Shown: positions 10,029-19,923 of the stretch, piece by piece
How the letters are laid out: each line of letters begins with the position of its first letter
Numbering within the stretch: the first letter of the stretch is position 1
Source: Candidatus Sumerlaeaceae bacterium
Lineage (GTDB): Bacteria > Sumerlaeota > Sumerlaeia > Sumerlaeales > Sumerlaeaceae
Assembly: GCA_049968255.1 (NCBI GenBank)
Contig: JBMFRB010000002.1
Location: 128,001 to 192,000, forward strand
Length of the DNA: 64,000 nt
Reading direction: 5' to 3'
Notes under the pieces: generated by a model
Told to the model about the DNA's origin: nothing
The model's input: only the letters and a program-made list of their open reading frames with translations
The model's database searches: none
Translations under genes and position numbers: made by a program

Positions 10029-10856
10029 GTGGGACTGTGGCGTGCGTTTCGGCAGATCTCTGGCCTATTCACTGTGCCCGCTGACGGGCTGGCGCGGCGC
10101 GTGCTTTGGCAGCTCGCTTGCATTCGTTACCGTTACCCTGGCCTTCGGTTGCTCTCTGTTTTTTTAGGCAAGCCTGGGCCTGCCCGAGATGTTGTCGTTG
10201 GTTTGCGTGTGAAAGGAAGGCTACTGCGACTCCAGTTCGACCCTTCGGATAGCGGCGATGTGGCGAGTGTTTTTGAAAATTTTATCGAGTTGCCATTGCC
10301 GGAAAAATACATGCAAAACATTCATCGCGCTGTTTGCCTCGGTGGCCACATCGGGACTTTTGCCCTAGCGTTGCTAGCTCGCAATCCCGATTGCCGGGTG
10401 GTGATTTTTGAGCCAAACGCCCGTAATCGCGATTTTCTGTTACGTAATTTGCAGCTCAATGGTTTCCGCGCGGAGGTTCGTCCCGAAGCCGTTTGGATTA
10501 AAGCAGGAAAAGTACGGTTCTTAACAAGAGAATCGAATGCAGGGAAAATCCTGACAGCCGAGAGCGACTCCGACGAAAATGCCATCACAGTAGAGGCCGT
10601 TGACGTTAGGCAACTTGATGACAAGCTTTTGAGTCAGGTGCAGTTTGTGGAAATGGATATCGAAGGGGCTGAATGGGAGATTCTGCCGCTGTTATTACCA
10701 AAGCTTAGCCCTGGTTGTATAGTTTACTTCGAAGCTCACCATGTGGACCAGCATTGGCATGAGCTGGTCACCCTCCGAAACACTCACCCTTGTCAATCCT
10801 GGTCGTTAGGAAGGATTGGCAGCCACGAGTTACGAGTCATCCGTATTCTCAAGTAA
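10029..10856 (+). CDS. FkbM-family SAM-dependent methyltransferase
   Basis: LGGHIGTF, FEPN, NLQLNG and MDIEGAEWEIL. Confidence 0.8.
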   Translation: MGLWRAFRQISGLFTVPADGLARRVLWQLACIRYRYPGLRLLSVFLGKPGPARDVVVGLRVKGRLLRLQFDPSDSGDVASVFENFIELPLPEKYMQNIHRAVCLGGHIGTFALALLARNPDCRVVIFEPNARNRDFLLRNLQLNGFRAEVRPEAVWIKAGKVRFLTRESNAGKILTAESDSDENAITVEAVDVRQLDDKLLSQVQFVEMDIEGAEWEILPLLLPKLSPGCIVYFEAHHVDQHWHELVTLRNTHPCQSWSLGRIGSHELRVIRILK

Positions 10857-12345
10857 CGCTGGCGATTTCACTGGTTTTAGTCTTTTCTCGAAAGTGCTTT
10901 AAAGCGAAGTAGGCCCCGATCGTTGCGCCAAGTGCTTGAATCGTGACAAATGCTGCCAAAACATACGGGTAGCTTTGCACTGCGGTGCATGCCAGGAAAT
11001 AAAGACCCTGCGCAAGCGTGATAGCAGCGAATCCTCGGGCCGAAAACGCGGAAGGTAGGGTAATAACAAGAATTCCTAGCAAAACCACAGTGATCACTGT
11101 TTCGGAAATGATGCCCGCCAGCGCGGCTCCCACAGCTCCCAACTTAGGAATCAGAAGCCAGGAGAGAAAAATCTTTCCCAGGGCGGCGGCCCAGTTGGCG
11201 TTTGTCAGTATGTTTTGGCGGTCGGCTGCTGCATAGACGACGAGTAGTCCAGTGTTCAGAAAGATCCCTGGCAGCATCCAGGCAAGGATCCCTAGGAGGG
11301 GGATTGCCGGAGAGAAGTTTTTTCCGTACGTTAGTGGGATGAGTAGAGTTCGGCCAAAGTAGAGGAGGAGGGCAAGGCTTGATGCAACGAGATAGAGAAG
11401 GGTAAGCGTGGCAGCGGTAAGCTTGCAGAAATGTTTGCGATCTGCGAGGAATGTGCGGGCTAGCTCGGGATAAACGGCGCCGGCGAAGCTCGTAGGAATG
11501 AACAGCAGCGAGAGGACGAAGGGCGTGGCGCTAGCATAGAGCCCGATTTGCCGGTCGGCGACAGAACCCGCATTGGTAAACAAGAATTTCATCAGTACCA
11601 CGTCGAAGTAGTATCGCAGTTGCTGAGCCAGGTTTTGCAGACCAAACGGAAGTGCTTCGCGTAAGAGCGACATAACTGGACGCTTAGAGGCGGGCCATTG
11701 CGGTTTGCTAAAATTTCGGTAAAGATACCAATTGGCTGCCGCGCAATCGAGAAAATCTACGGCCACATAAGTGCAAATGATGAACCACAGCGGTGCCCGA
11801 AAAACGACAGCCAGAGTGACGCCCACCAACATGAGGACTCGATTACTGATGGCGAAGTAAGCATGATAGTGAAGCTGCTGGCGTGCCTGCCAAACGACTT
11901 CAGGATTCTTTCGAAATGCTTGGAACATTTGGCTCCACATGTAAATGGCACACAGAAAGCGGACATCGGTATGAACCTGTGATGAGGGCAGAATCGCGAG
12001 GGACGCAACGAGGATGGTGAAAGCAGCGAACGAAAGTATGAGCCGAGCACTGAAGAGCAGCCCGTGAATCGAGTTGTGCTGGGTGAGTGGTGCACGTGCC
12101 ATACGCCGCACTGCGACTCGCGATATTCCCGCGTCGGTCATCACAGCAAACAGAATAGTGAAGTTAACGACGAACTTGAAAACGCCCAGTCCTTCTGGCT
12201 GCAAATAACGCCCGAGCAGCGCCGACAAGAAAAAATTGACCGCTGTGCGGATAGCTTCGGCACTTAGGAGAAAAATAGAGTTGCGCGCAATCGCTGAGTC
12301 CCAATGTAACAGCGCTAGCGATTGACGGCTTATTTTTCGAAGCAT
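10849..12345 (-). CDS. Wzx-type polysaccharide flippase (MOP superfamily)
   Basis: Many TM segments; IARNSIFL, RYLQPEGLG, DAGIS, LLREALPF, IGLY..A and LIPKLGAVGAALA; likely start ATG 12345. Confidence 0.88.
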   Translation of the reverse strand: MLRKISRQSLALLHWDSAIARNSIFLLSAEAIRTAVNFFLSALLGRYLQPEGLGVFKFVVNFTILFAVMTDAGISRVAVRRMARAPLTQHNSIHGLLFSARLILSFAAFTILVASLAILPSSQVHTDVRFLCAIYMWSQMFQAFRKNPEVVWQARQQLHYHAYFAISNRVLMLVGVTLAVVFRAPLWFIICTYVAVDFLDCAAANWYLYRNFSKPQWPASKRPVMSLLREALPFGLQNLAQQLRYYFDVVLMKFLFTNAGSVADRQIGLYASATPFVLSLLFIPTSFAGAVYPELARTFLADRKHFCKLTAATLTLLYLVASSLALLLYFGRTLLIPLTYGKNFSPAIPLLGILAWMLPGIFLNTGLLVVYAAADRQNILTNANWAAALGKIFLSWLLIPKLGAVGAALAGIISETVITVVLLGILVITLPSAFSARGFAAITLAQGLYFLACTAVQSYPYVLAAFVTIQALGATIGAYFALKHFREKTKTSEIASVT

Positions 12346-12446
12346 GTTTGCACTGTTGCTATGGCTATGATCTCGCAATTGCAAGAGTCTGCACGCACAC
12401 ATTTGTGCGTGACACTCATGAGGGAACCCAAAACGGTAGGCTTGCA

Positions 12447-13856
12447 ATGCGTGACGAAAGAATCGTGATCATCGGTGCTGGTCCCACAGGGCTTGGAGCC
12501 GCGTGGCGACTTAACGAACATGGCTACGACAATTGGCTTCTCATCGAGCAAGCTCCCTTTGCTGGTGGCTTAGCAGCTTCTGTTGTGGATGAAAATGGTT
12601 TTACGTGGGATCTTGGCGGCCATGTTCAGTTTTCTCACTATGAGTATTTTGATCATTTGATGGATGAACTGCTAGGGCCAGACGGATGGCTTTATCATGA
12701 GCGTGAAAGCTGGGTATGGCTTTGCCAACGGTTCATTCCCTATCCCTTCCAGATGAATATTTGGAGATTGCCGCCCGAAAAGTTGAAGCAGTGTCTGTGC
12801 GGTCTTGTGCGTCTCTATCGTGAGGGAAACTCTAAGAACCCCGCTAATTTTGCCGAGTGGATCACTGCAACGTTTGGCGAAGGCCTAGCCGAAGTTTTTA
12901 TGCGCCCGTACAACTTCAAAGTGTGGGCTTACCCGCTCGAGCGGCTCGGCACAAGCTGGGTTGGCGAACGTGTCGCAGTCGTTGATCTCGAACGCGTTCT
13001 GTGTAATTTGGTCGATGGTAAAGATGATGTTTCGTGGGGCCCGAATAATACTTTTCGTTTTCCGAAGCACGGAGGCACTGGTGCCGTATGGCGTGCTTGC
13101 GCACAACGTCTGCCGCGAGAAAAGCAGCGCTACGGCCACGCTGTGGTGAAAATTGATCCCGAGAAACATCTTGTCATTCTTGATGACGGAGTGGAAATCG
13201 CTTATGATTTCCTGCTAAGCTCGATGCCGCTCGACGTGCTCACTCAGATCTCAGGATTATCGGCACTTCACAAATCTGCTTCCCAGCTTTGCTTCTCTTC
13301 GACGCACATTTTCGGAATTGGACTCGCTGGGGCGCCACCGGAGCATCTTCGCACAAAGTGCTGGATGTATTTCCCCGAGGATGATAATCCATTTTACCGG
13401 GTCACTGTTTTTTCGAATTACTCCCCAAACAATGTGCCCGACATTCGCAAATACTGGTCGCTCATGGCGGAAGTCAGTGAGTCCCCGTACAAGCAGGTAC
13501 CCGCCACGCCAGGCGAGCGCATCGAGCAAGTCATCGAAGGATTGCTCGCTACCAGACTCATCGCTTCGCGCGAGCAGATCGTCGATATTTGGTACACGCG
13601 CCTAGAGCGCGGATATCCCACCCCTACGGTCGAGCGTGACGCGATTATCTACGAAGTGCTGCCAGCCCTGGAAAAATACGGCATTTACTCGCGCGGACGG
13701 TTTGGAGCATGGCGTTATGAGGTCTCAAATCAGGATCATTCGCTCATGCAAGGCGTCGAGTGGGTAGATCATCTTTTTGACGGCGAAGAAGAACTCACTT
13801 TGTGGCATCCCGAAATCGTCAATCGTACTCATCGCCCTGCTATCCACGTGCGTTGA
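12447..13856 (+). CDS. FAD-dependent oxidoreductase, eukaryote-type UDP-galactopyranose mutase-like
   Basis: GAGPTGLGAA Rossmann motif; WDLGGHVQFSHY, YPFQ, WGPNNTFRFPKHGGTG, PFYRVTVFSNYS, GYP and SRGRFGAWRYEVSNQDHSLMQGVE; start ATG 12447. Confidence 0.8.
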   Translation: MRDERIVIIGAGPTGLGAAWRLNEHGYDNWLLIEQAPFAGGLAASVVDENGFTWDLGGHVQFSHYEYFDHLMDELLGPDGWLYHERESWVWLCQRFIPYPFQMNIWRLPPEKLKQCLCGLVRLYREGNSKNPANFAEWITATFGEGLAEVFMRPYNFKVWAYPLERLGTSWVGERVAVVDLERVLCNLVDGKDDVSWGPNNTFRFPKHGGTGAVWRACAQRLPREKQRYGHAVVKIDPEKHLVILDDGVEIAYDFLLSSMPLDVLTQISGLSALHKSASQLCFSSTHIFGIGLAGAPPEHLRTKCWMYFPEDDNPFYRVTVFSNYSPNNVPDIRKYWSLMAEVSESPYKQVPATPGERIEQVIEGLLATRLIASREQIVDIWYTRLERGYPTPTVERDAIIYEVLPALEKYGIYSRGRFGAWRYEVSNQDHSLMQGVEWVDHLFDGEEELTLWHPEIVNRTHRPAIHVR

Positions 13857-13952
13857 GTTATCCTATTTTCTGGTTGTCTCAATCCGCCTTGTGCGACAGT
13901 GTGTTTTCATCTTTTGGTAAATTTGCCTCACGCAGAGGGAGTGGTCGAATTC

Positions 13953-15212
13953 ATGGAAAACCCGAGACAAATGCTTGTGGAAATCGGCAAAAAAGCCCGC
14001 AAGGCCGCGGCTCGGTTGGGCTGTTTATCGCCAGCTGCGAAAAATCGCGCTCTCGCGGCCATTGCGGACATGCTCGTCGCGCGGTGCGAATCCATCAAGC
14101 AGGCCAACGCTCGAGACCTGGAGGCTGGCCAAGCGAAGGGGCTTAGCGCCGCAATGTTGGATCGACTTATGCTCGACGATAAGCGCATCCTGGCTATGGC
14201 CGCGGCTTTACAACAAGTTGCGCAGCTGGAGGACCCTGTTGGCGAAATCTATGATATGCATGTTCGCCCTAACGGCTTGCGAGTCGGGCGGATGCGAGTA
14301 CCCATCGGTGTGATCGGCATTATTTATGAGTCGCGCCCCAACGTTACCGTCGATGCGGGGGCCCTGTGTATAAAAAGTGGCAACGCCGTGATCCTGCGCG
14401 GGGGAAGTGAGGCATTCCACTCGAATCAAGCACTGGCCGCGATCATGGACGATGCGGCACAATCGGCCGGATTGCCGGAGGGCTCGGTTCAGCTCGTGCC
14501 CACAACGGATCGCGCCGCCGTCGAGGCAATGCTCACACTCAGCGAGTTTATCGATCTCATCATTCCCCGCGGTGGCAGGTCGCTTATCGAGCTTGTCGTT
14601 CGTATGTCCACGATCCCAGTGATAAAGCATTACGACGGCAACTGCCACATCTTCGTGGATGAGTCGGCCGATTTTGAAATGGCGGAGCGCATTATTCTCA
14701 ATGCCAAATGCCAGCGCCCTGGCGTCTGCAACGCTATGGAATCACTCCTTGTGCACGAGAGCATCGCCGCCGCGTTTCTCCCACGGATTTGCCAGGCTTT
14801 AGTAGCAAATGGCGTCGAAATACGTGGAGACGCGAAGACCTGTGACCTAATGCCCGGTGTCAAACTTGCTACGGAAGAAGATTACCGCACCGAGTTTCTC
14901 GATTTGATCCTCAGTGTGGCGGTCGTGCCATCGCTGGACGCGGCAATTGCGTGGATCAATGAATACGGCTCGCACCACACCGACGCGATTCTCACGCGCA
15001 ATCATCGCAACGCCATGCGTTTCCTGAGCGAGGTGGATTCTGCGTGCGTGTTTGTGAATTGTTCGACACGCTTTTCCGACGGCGGAGAGTTCGGAATGGG
15101 TTGCGAAATCGGTATCAGCACGGATAAACTCCATGCGCGTGGCCCCATGGGACTGCGCGAGCTGACAACCAGCAAATTTGTCGTTTTCGGCGATGGCCAA
15201 GTGCGCAACTGA
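13953..15212 (+). CDS. proA: Gamma-glutamyl phosphate reductase
   Basis: IIYESRPNVT, KSGNAVILRGGSEA, IIPRGG, RPGVCNAME and EIGISTDKLHARGPMGL. Confidence 0.96.
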   Translation: MENPRQMLVEIGKKARKAAARLGCLSPAAKNRALAAIADMLVARCESIKQANARDLEAGQAKGLSAAMLDRLMLDDKRILAMAAALQQVAQLEDPVGEIYDMHVRPNGLRVGRMRVPIGVIGIIYESRPNVTVDAGALCIKSGNAVILRGGSEAFHSNQALAAIMDDAAQSAGLPEGSVQLVPTTDRAAVEAMLTLSEFIDLIIPRGGRSLIELVVRMSTIPVIKHYDGNCHIFVDESADFEMAERIILNAKCQRPGVCNAMESLLVHESIAAAFLPRICQALVANGVEIRGDAKTCDLMPGVKLATEEDYRTEFLDLILSVAVVPSLDAAIAWINEYGSHHTDAILTRNHRNAMRFLSEVDSACVFVNCSTRFSDGGEFGMGCEIGISTDKLHARGPMGLRELTTSKFVVFGDGQVRN

Positions 15213-15235
15213 TACTTATACTGAGGTGAAAAATC

Positions 15236-15727
15236 ATGGGCGAGAACGACACGCTCACACCAACAGGTGATAGCCAGGCTTTTCGATTTCCGTACAACAC
15301 GGTGGAAGAGTATCTTGAAGCGGCGGAATCGGCGGCCGACACAAGCGAGCTTGAGCAGGCTGTCGAGATCTTGCGTGAAGCCGTTGCCCGCTTCCCTGAC
15401 TCACCTGAAGCGCAGTACGATCTCGGAGTCGCCCTTTTTATGCTCCTCGAAGCGCGTCTCTCACATTTAGAAATCTGGGAAAATCTTGCAGAAGAAGAGG
15501 AGCTTGCCGAAGAGTGCGTCGCAGCATTTGAAGCGGCGATCGAGAAGAAGCCGGACTTCGCGCCAGCTTACACAAATCTTGCTAATTTATTAGCATTGCG
15601 AGGCAGTCGAGCTAAAGCCGTTGAATTGTGGCAGCGCTCGTTGGAACTTGATCCGAACCAGCCTACTGTGGTGGAAAACCTCCAGCGATACCGGGAAGAG
15701 TTAGGCGATCAAGAAACGACTGAGTAA
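15236..15727 (+). CDS. Tetratricopeptide repeat protein
   Basis: PDSPEAQYDLGVAL, PDFAPAYTNLANLL and WQRSLELDPNQP; acidic composition. Confidence 0.8.
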   Translation: MGENDTLTPTGDSQAFRFPYNTVEEYLEAAESAADTSELEQAVEILREAVARFPDSPEAQYDLGVALFMLLEARLSHLEIWENLAEEEELAEECVAAFEAAIEKKPDFAPAYTNLANLLALRGSRAKAVELWQRSLELDPNQPTVVENLQRYREELGDQETTE

Positions 15728-15734
15728 TGAGACC

Positions 15735-16949
15735 TTGGCACGTGAGCCAGAGACCATTGGCATGCCGGATTTGGACGTGGGATCAGGGCCCGCTAAGGGA
15801 TGTCCACACCAGCGCTGGACGATCCTGTGTCTGTCGCATTTAGCGCTCGACTTCACACTGTTTCAACGCCCCCAGCAGCTCATGCAGCAGTTCGCCGCTC
15901 GTGGCCACGAAGTTTTCTATGCGGGTTGCCTGGGGTGGAAGCAAGCCATGCGCCAGTGGCTACGTGGGCAAGGCTGCGGTGTCTTTCGTGACGTCTTATA
16001 CGTGACACATCCTTATTCGCCTTTTGGCGGCGCGCTTCGTTCGCTTTCAGCGGTCCATTTGAAACGATGGGGCAAGCGTAAGCTCCACGCGAAGTCTGGC
16101 CAACATCATGGGGAGCTTCGCATTGTCTGGCTTTACCATCCTGATTTTGCAGCGATTGCGGACGAGCTCGCACCAGACCTCGTGGTTTATGACGTTATGG
16201 ATCGTTTTCGTTCTTTTCGAGCTTCGCCTGCAGATTTGTGGGAGGTCGAATGCATCGCGTACGAGCGAGCAGACCTTATATTCGCTGGCGGACACTCGCT
16301 CGCAAAAGCTGCTCAGCAGGATCTGGAGCGTTTGGGCATTTGCAAAGCGGTGCATTGTTACCCGAGTGGAGTGGATTTACCCCACTTTGAACAAGCGCTC
16401 GCACCAGAGACTAAAATTGCGCACGAGCTGATGGCGTTAGCGCATCCCATTGTTGGGTATTTTGGCGCGGTGGACGAGCGTCTTGACTTAGGATTAGTTG
16501 CTGAAGCTGCGCGGTTGCAGCCAAGTTGGAGCTTTGTTCTCATAGGTCCGATACTCGGTGAGGTCCCGAGCATGCCGCACAACGTGCATTTTTTTGGTGC
16601 GCGGCCTTACGCTGACTTGCCGCAGTATCTGAAAGGTTTTGACGTCTGCTTGCTGCCTTTTCGGCAAAGTGAACTTGTGGCGCATGTCAGTCCGACAAAA
16701 ACTCCGGAGTATCTTGCCGGCGGCAAGCCTGTGATCTCCACGCCCATACCCGACGTGGTTCGCGATTACGGCGACGTTCTTGCAATTGTGGAGAACGCGC
16801 AGGAACTTGTCGCGGCAACGGAAAGTTTTCTCGGCAGCCAATATTCGCCCGCCGATTGGCACGACGTAGCTCGAACCCGCGGTCGCACTTGGGAAGAAAT
16901 TGCTGCTGAGATGGAATCAAAAGTGTCGGAGAAAATGCACAGAAGCTAA
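15735..16949 (+). CDS. GT4 / TuaH-like glycosyltransferase
   Basis: FQRPQQLM, VVYDVMD, PSGVDLPHF, GYFGAVDERLD, PYADLPQYLKGFDVCLLPF and SPTKTPEYLAGGKPVIST. Confidence 0.88.
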   Translation: MAREPETIGMPDLDVGSGPAKGCPHQRWTILCLSHLALDFTLFQRPQQLMQQFAARGHEVFYAGCLGWKQAMRQWLRGQGCGVFRDVLYVTHPYSPFGGALRSLSAVHLKRWGKRKLHAKSGQHHGELRIVWLYHPDFAAIADELAPDLVVYDVMDRFRSFRASPADLWEVECIAYERADLIFAGGHSLAKAAQQDLERLGICKAVHCYPSGVDLPHFEQALAPETKIAHELMALAHPIVGYFGAVDERLDLGLVAEAARLQPSWSFVLIGPILGEVPSMPHNVHFFGARPYADLPQYLKGFDVCLLPFRQSELVAHVSPTKTPEYLAGGKPVISTPIPDVVRDYGDVLAIVENAQELVAATESFLGSQYSPADWHDVARTRGRTWEEIAAEMESKVSEKMHRS

Positions 16950-16998
16950 GGAAAGGTCTTGTTGACTAAGCAGGCGGACGCGCAAGGATAGGTTTGCA

Positions 16999-18150
16999 AT
17001 GGCGCAGAAACTTCGTACTATTCTTTATTCCCGTCATAAATTGCTTGGCGCAGCCATGACGGACTTTGCTGGATGGGAAATGCCTCTCTACTATTCCGGC
17101 ATTACAGAGGAGCACTGCCACACACGGTCCAAGGTCGGCCTGTTTGACCTGAGTCACATGGGTCGTTTCATTATTCGGGGAAGTGCTTTTCGGGAGTTTC
17201 TCGATTGGGTCACTCCCGCACCGATTGCCCTCGCCCAAGCTGGCAAAGTGCTGTATTCGTTTTTTCTAAATGAAAGAGGTGGAGTGATCGACGACATCAC
17301 TATCTACATGGGCACTGACTGCGCCATGTTGGTGGTGAATGCTGCGAATCGACAAAAGGATTACCTGTGGCTGATGCAACGTGCTGCTGAATTCACTGGC
17401 GTGGAGATTGAAGATCACTCTGAGCATTTGGCCATGATTGCTGTCCAGGGCCCCTTGGCTGACCGAGCTATGGAGTATCTCTTTGGCTCAGCTTTTTGCT
17501 CCTGCGCATATTATTCATTCCAAGAGTTAGCCGTGTCGCAACTACCCGTCCCGCTGGGGCCCATGGAATCCTCGACCAATGAGAGCCTGGTGCTGATCTA
17601 TTCTGCGACGGGTTATACGGGCGAGCTCGGGTACGAGATTTATGCTCATGCAGCAGTGATCGAAGCTTTATGGGACAAATTGATCGCAAACGCAACCGAC
17701 CTGGAGCTCAAACCGATCGGCCTTGGCGCACGCGATTCGCTTAGATTAGAAGCAGCCATGCCGCTCTACGGCCACGAGCTCACAGACGAGATTTTGCCCT
17801 TGGAGGCAGGACTTAGCCGGTTTGTCGATTTCTCGAAGCCAACGAGTTTCATTGGTCGAGAGGCTTTGGAGACACAACGCGAGCAAGGTGTGAGCCGAAA
17901 GCTTGTTGGGCTGGAAATGTCAGGCAGGGGAGCGATTCCGCGGCACGGCTGTGCTGTGAAGAACTCAGCCAACGAAATCATTGGCACAGTGACCAGTGGA
18001 GGCTATTCGCCGACTCTGGAAAAAAACATTGCGTTGGCTTATGTGGCGACCAGCCACACGGCCCCAGGCACATCGCTGCAAGTGGAAATTCGCGGTCGCC
18101 TCTGGCCTGCAACAGTTGTCAAAAAACCATTCTACAAAAGGAGTCGCTGA
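16999..18150 (+). CDS. gcvT: Glycine cleavage system T protein
   Basis: FAGWEMPLYY, LFDLSHMG, TGYTGELGYEI and GLGARDSLRLEAAMPLYGHE. Confidence 0.96.
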   Translation: MAQKLRTILYSRHKLLGAAMTDFAGWEMPLYYSGITEEHCHTRSKVGLFDLSHMGRFIIRGSAFREFLDWVTPAPIALAQAGKVLYSFFLNERGGVIDDITIYMGTDCAMLVVNAANRQKDYLWLMQRAAEFTGVEIEDHSEHLAMIAVQGPLADRAMEYLFGSAFCSCAYYSFQELAVSQLPVPLGPMESSTNESLVLIYSATGYTGELGYEIYAHAAVIEALWDKLIANATDLELKPIGLGARDSLRLEAAMPLYGHELTDEILPLEAGLSRFVDFSKPTSFIGREALETQREQGVSRKLVGLEMSGRGAIPRHGCAVKNSANEIIGTVTSGGYSPTLEKNIALAYVATSHTAPGTSLQVEIRGRLWPATVVKKPFYKRSR

Positions 18151-18152
18151 GA

Positions 18153-18545
18153 GTGTCTTGCCAAGAAATCCGCTTCTCCAAAACGCACGAGTGGGCGCGC
18201 GCCGACGGTGAATTGGCCACGATTGGCATCACGGACTACGCGGTGGAACAGCTCAACAAGGAAATAGTTTACGTTGAGCTTCCCCCCCTTGGAAAAACCG
18301 TCAAGCAAGGCGAAACGTTCGGAGTTGTGGAAGCCGTAAAAACCGCCGCAGATCTCTACGCGCCACTGTCAGGAACAGTCGAGGAGGTCAATTCGACGAT
18401 TTCAGAAGATCCGTCTCCTCTATGTCAGGATCCGCAAGGCGAAGGATGGTTGATCAAAATCCGCCCAGCCGATCCTGCAGAGTGGGGACGTTTGATGAAT
18501 GCCGATGACTACAAGAAGTTCGTGGAGGAAGAAGGGCACCATTGA
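18153..18545 (+). CDS. gcvH: Glycine cleavage system H protein
   Basis: HEW, GITDYA, VEAVK (lipoyl-Lys) and GEGWL. Confidence 0.96.
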   Translation: MSCQEIRFSKTHEWARADGELATIGITDYAVEQLNKEIVYVELPPLGKTVKQGETFGVVEAVKTAADLYAPLSGTVEEVNSTISEDPSPLCQDPQGEGWLIKIRPADPAEWGRLMNADDYKKFVEEEGHH

Positions 18546-19903
18546 GCCGAAATCCGTACGTCCAAACCACACCGACGCAAGAGCGCGAGATGCTTGCAGC
18601 CGTCGGGGCCGAAAGCATTGATGCGCTGTTTGAAGAGCAGGTGCCATCCCCATTGTTACGCGATGAGTGGCCCCCGCTGACTCAGCCAATGGCCGAGCTA
18701 GACCTCTTGTCCCGCGTGCGCGAGCTTGCTTCGTCATGCCTGATCACCACTGAGCGTGTGTCGTTCCTTGGCGGTGGGTGCTATGACCATTTCATTCCTG
18801 CGGCACTCGACTCCCTCGCCAGTCGCAGTGAGTTCGTCACAGCCTACACTCCGTATCAGCCAGAGGCCAGCCAAGGGACGCTCCAGGCATTTTTTGAGTA
18901 CCAGACGCTCATCGCGCGACTCTATGCCATGGATGCATCGAATGCTTCGCTTTATGATGGGGCGTCAGCCCTGGGGGAAGCGGTGTTTCTCGCCCTTGCT
19001 GCGCAACCCGACAAACGACGCATCGTTCTGCCTTTTGCCTTACATCCCCAATACCGTCAGGTACTGAAAAGCTACGTTGCGCATCTTGACGTCGAAGTCG
19101 TTGAGTTGCCGGCAAAGAACGGCGTAACGGATCCCGACGCGCTGGAGAAGGCCGGAGCACTCAGGCCGGCTGCGTTGGTTGCCATGCAGCCCAATTATTT
19201 TGGGTGCCTTGAAGATGTTGAGCTATTCCGAAAAGTTGCAACGCAAAGTGGCGCACTGCTCATTGCCGTTGCGGATCCTTTCTCGTTGGGCCTTCTTGCG
19301 CCACCGGGTGATTACGGCGCCGATATTGCCGTAGGGGAAGGTCAACCACTTGGATTGCGCCAGTACTGGGGTGGAGAGACGCTTGGCATTTTTACCTGCC
19401 GCAAAGATTTCGTCCGTCGGATGCCTGGGCGACTCGTGGGCCTAACGCGGGATAGAAACGGCAAACGCGGATACGTTTTGACTCTTCAGACTCGTGAGCA
19501 ACACATTCGCCGCGATAAAGCCACATCTAACATCTGCACAAATCACGCGCTCAATGCGTTGCGTGCAGCAATCTATCTGTCCCTGATTGGTCCCACGGGG
19601 CTACGGCGTCTGGCGCGCCAATGCGCCAGAAACCTCGCCTATTTCCGCAAGTGTCTGAGTCTCCGCTCGCCAGCGGCCGTGGCATTTCCCGGCCCCGCCT
19701 TCCGCGAAACGGTCGTGCGACTAAAAACCGATGCGCGTGAGGCTCTGCCCCGCCTTCTCGAACGCGGTTTTTTCGGTGGAGTGCCTCTCACTTCCCTCGG
19801 AACGGAGTTCTCGAACTTATTGCTGGTGGCTGTGACCGAGAAGAGAACGGATGCGGAAATAGAATCGTTTGTTACAGCACTCGCTGAAGAAAAGCTTGTA
19901 TAA
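18542..19903 (+). CDS. gcvPA: Glycine dehydrogenase subunit 1
   Basis: TAYTPYQPEASQGTLQ, NASLYDG and TREQHIRRDKATSNICTN. Confidence 0.96.
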   Translation: MSRNPYVQTTPTQEREMLAAVGAESIDALFEEQVPSPLLRDEWPPLTQPMAELDLLSRVRELASSCLITTERVSFLGGGCYDHFIPAALDSLASRSEFVTAYTPYQPEASQGTLQAFFEYQTLIARLYAMDASNASLYDGASALGEAVFLALAAQPDKRRIVLPFALHPQYRQVLKSYVAHLDVEVVELPAKNGVTDPDALEKAGALRPAALVAMQPNYFGCLEDVELFRKVATQSGALLIAVADPFSLGLLAPPGDYGADIAVGEGQPLGLRQYWGGETLGIFTCRKDFVRRMPGRLVGLTRDRNGKRGYVLTLQTREQHIRRDKATSNICTNHALNALRAAIYLSLIGPTGLRRLARQCARNLAYFRKCLSLRSPAAVAFPGPAFRETVVRLKTDAREALPRLLERGFFGGVPLTSLGTEFSNLLLVAVTEKRTDAEIESFVTALAEEKLV

Positions 19904-19923
19904 AGTCACAACGAGGGTGTGTT

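Noticed and set aside
12447-13856. Annotation as protoporphyrinogen oxidase (HemY)
   Set aside because: No heme genes nearby; the motifs fit UDP-galactopyranose mutase and the neighbours are glycan genes.
16950-16998. Glycine riboswitch before gcvT
   Set aside because: Only 49 nt of intergenic space and no aptamer consensus.
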